From a virus, in IMG/VR virus record IMGVR_UViG_3300045988_132610: a stretch of DNA of 41,961 nt; one strand, given 5' to 3'. A program made the position numbers and the translations under genes. The stretch's first letter is position 1. Each line of letters starts with the position of its first letter. Of this stretch, positions 40,903-41,961 are shown piece after piece. The notes beneath the pieces are model-generated. The model was not told where the DNA came from. It saw only the letters and a program-made list of their open reading frames with translations, and made no database searches.

Positions 40903-41288
40903 TGCCGGTCCTCCAAATATTTTTCGGCGGCGGCGACGATCCAGCATTGCGCGTCCAATTTCTCAAGCTTCGACAACTCGTAGCTGACGGCCTCGCTGTG
41001 GTCGGTGTCCTTGTCGCCGTAAATCAGACTGATGATCGTGTTTTTGATCGTGTCCCGGCAGAGCTCGTCCATACGGTCGTCGAATTTCGCGGTGCGTTCG
41101 CCGAGTTGTCGCGTCTTGGCGAAATGCTGGGAGAGCGGCGAATCGTAAGGCAGGCGTTCCGGTTGCACGTGCGCGTACAGGCCGGTCGCCAACGCGTCCA
41201 AAGCGCCCGGCCAGACTCTAAGTCCGAGCGTGATGATGGCGCACGCGCCACCCACCCCACCGAAACCGGCTAGGAAATTTTGCAGCAC
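40899..41288 (-). CDS. membrane protein of the lysis region
   Basis: GTG 41288 lies 7 nt after AAGGAG, inside ORF 40899..41318. It has an N-terminal TM segment (MLQNFLAGFGGVGGACAIITLGL). Confidence 0.55.
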   Translation of the reverse strand: MLQNFLAGFGGVGGACAIITLGLRVWPGALDALATGLYAHVQPERLPYDSPLSQHFAKTRQLGERTAKFDDRMDELCRDTIKNTIISLIYGDKDTDHSEAVSYELSKLEKLDAQCWIVAAAEKYLEDRQ

Positions 41289-41338
41289 ATTACATCTCCT
41301 TATGGGAAAGCCCCGCACGTGGCGGGGCTGTGGTTGGT

Positions 41339-41704
41339 TTAATACGGGTGGTCAACGGCGGCGAACACGAGCGGCAATCCGGCGTTCTGCAGCAGGGTTA
41401 TGAGCGAACCGTCATTGAAACCACACAGGCGGGTCAGCACCGTCACGCCAACAGGTGTCGGCACAGTCAAGTTGTTCCTAGTGCCGATGAGATACGAGCC
41501 GTCCTTTTTCTGCCACGCAACGTTAGCCAGTCCATCAGGCCTTGGTTCTGGCGGATACAACCAGCCAGTATCTTCGCCGGTGACGGTTATCTCACAGCCC
41601 TCGTCGGTGATCTTCGACGAGGCGTTCTTATAATTCGGAGCCCACGGCACCACCGGATCACGGTCCTTCAGGGTCGGCGGATCATAAAGATTCCTGATTC
41701 TCAC
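41339..41704 (-). CDS. small tail-tip accessory protein, paralog 3 of the RINL(Y/F)P...GLPxxFxAxxxPY family (intact)
   Basis: GTG 41704 follows GGGGGTGG, inside ORF 41339..41944. The N-terminus is MRIRNLYDPPTLKDRD... and the C-terminus is ...LLQNAGLPLVFAAVDHPY then a stop. Confidence 0.65.
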   Translation of the reverse strand: MRIRNLYDPPTLKDRDPVVPWAPNYKNASSKITDEGCEITVTGEDTGWLYPPEPRPDGLANVAWQKKDGSYLIGTRNNLTVPTPVGVTVLTRLCGFNDGSLITLLQNAGLPLVFAAVDHPY

Positions 41705-41729
41705 GCGGCCACCCCCAAACTGATGAGGG

Positions 41730-41961
41730 CTAGTAGATTGCCGTATCCTTGTCGAAGCAGTTGACGCCGACCGTCTGAAGGACAGTCCAATCGTCGTCCG
41801 AGAAGATTCCTCGGCATGCGAGCAGGACCTTCGCACCGGCGCCCATGAGCAATCCCTTGCTCCACAGGTGCAGGTTCTTCGTGATTGCCGAACCGCCGCT
41901 GAACGTGACATCGTCGCTCGTCGGCTCCACACGCCCCTGCACATCCTCGATGACAGCCGAA
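41730..41961 (-). CDS. C-terminal part of the junction-spanning gene (same gene as 1..283)
   Basis: ORF 41730..41942 is in frame through the 119-bp overlap. 41843..41961 duplicates 1..119. Confidence 0.6.
   Translation of the reverse strand, partial: SAVIEDVQGRVEPTSDDVTFSGGSAITKNLHLWSKGLLMGAGAKVLLACRGIFSDDDWTVLQTVGVNCFDKDTAIY
41843..41961. repeat. terminal direct repeat, copy 2
   Basis: Identical to 1..119. Confidence 0.95.

Larger units (their letters stand above)
1..41961. mobile_element. complete temperate siphovirus (prophage-type) genome, circularly permuted; unique length 41,842 bp
   Basis: Contains a full set of modules (integrase, repressor/cro switch, replication, terminase, portal, capsid, tail, lysis) plus an exact 119-bp overlap of the two window ends. 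Confidence 0.9.

Noticed and set aside
41309-41329. Hairpin AGCCCCGC acgtg GCGGGGCT between paralog 3 and the lysis-region membrane protein
   Set aside because: It could be an attenuator, but the stem is short, no T-run follows on the coding strand, and the RBS of the next gene follows immediately. Too weak to call.

Overview
The window is one complete, circularly permuted genome of a high-GC temperate siphovirus. Positions 1..119 are identical to 41843..41961, so the unique unit is 41,842 bp. Gene style suggests an actinobacterial host and resembles Bifidobacterium prophages, but that is inference only. Layout on the minus strand, in transcription order right to left: cro-like gene and early/replication genes (33293 to 22201: antirepressor, RusA, PD-(D/E)XK exonuclease, Q/P-rich protein, primase-helicase); HNH endonuclease, terminase, portal, MuF, scaffold, capsid, connectors and tail genes (21550 to 4239, including a G/T chaperone pair with a canonical -1 frameshift site and a 1127-aa tape measure); tail-tip accessory genes (2642 to 1, continuing across the junction to 41339); then the lysis cassette (41288 to 39221). 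The plus strand carries the lysogeny and accessory module at 33383..38911: XRE repressor, ImmA-type protease, membrane HIRAN protein, class II Fic protein, P63C protein and integrase. It also carries a three-gene island at 21600..22137, one leaderless gene at 32460 embedded in the early operon, and a second tyrosine recombinase at 2755..3627. Main finding: that second recombinase sits next to a three-site invertible region (core TTCCGTAACCC) that can swap the C-terminal ~100 aa of the tail-fibre/receptor-binding gene 4239..5084 for either of two silent, start-less cassettes, which makes it a tail-fibre shufflon. Second finding: the two longest G/C homopolymers in the genome (7 and 8 nt) lie at the same position in two tandem paralogous tail-tip genes. 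Each puts a conserved family C-terminus (GLPxxFxAxxxPY-stop) out of frame by the same single base. Other points: an iteron-like repeat array beside the primase-helicase gene, a divergent leaderless genetic switch with GTAC-type operators, a P63C module flanked by a duplicated integrase 5-prime end, and an attP-like region with paired 11-bp repeats and phased T-tracts. No rRNA, tRNA, CRISPR array or reverse transcriptase was recognised. All functional names come from motif and position recognition, not database searches.
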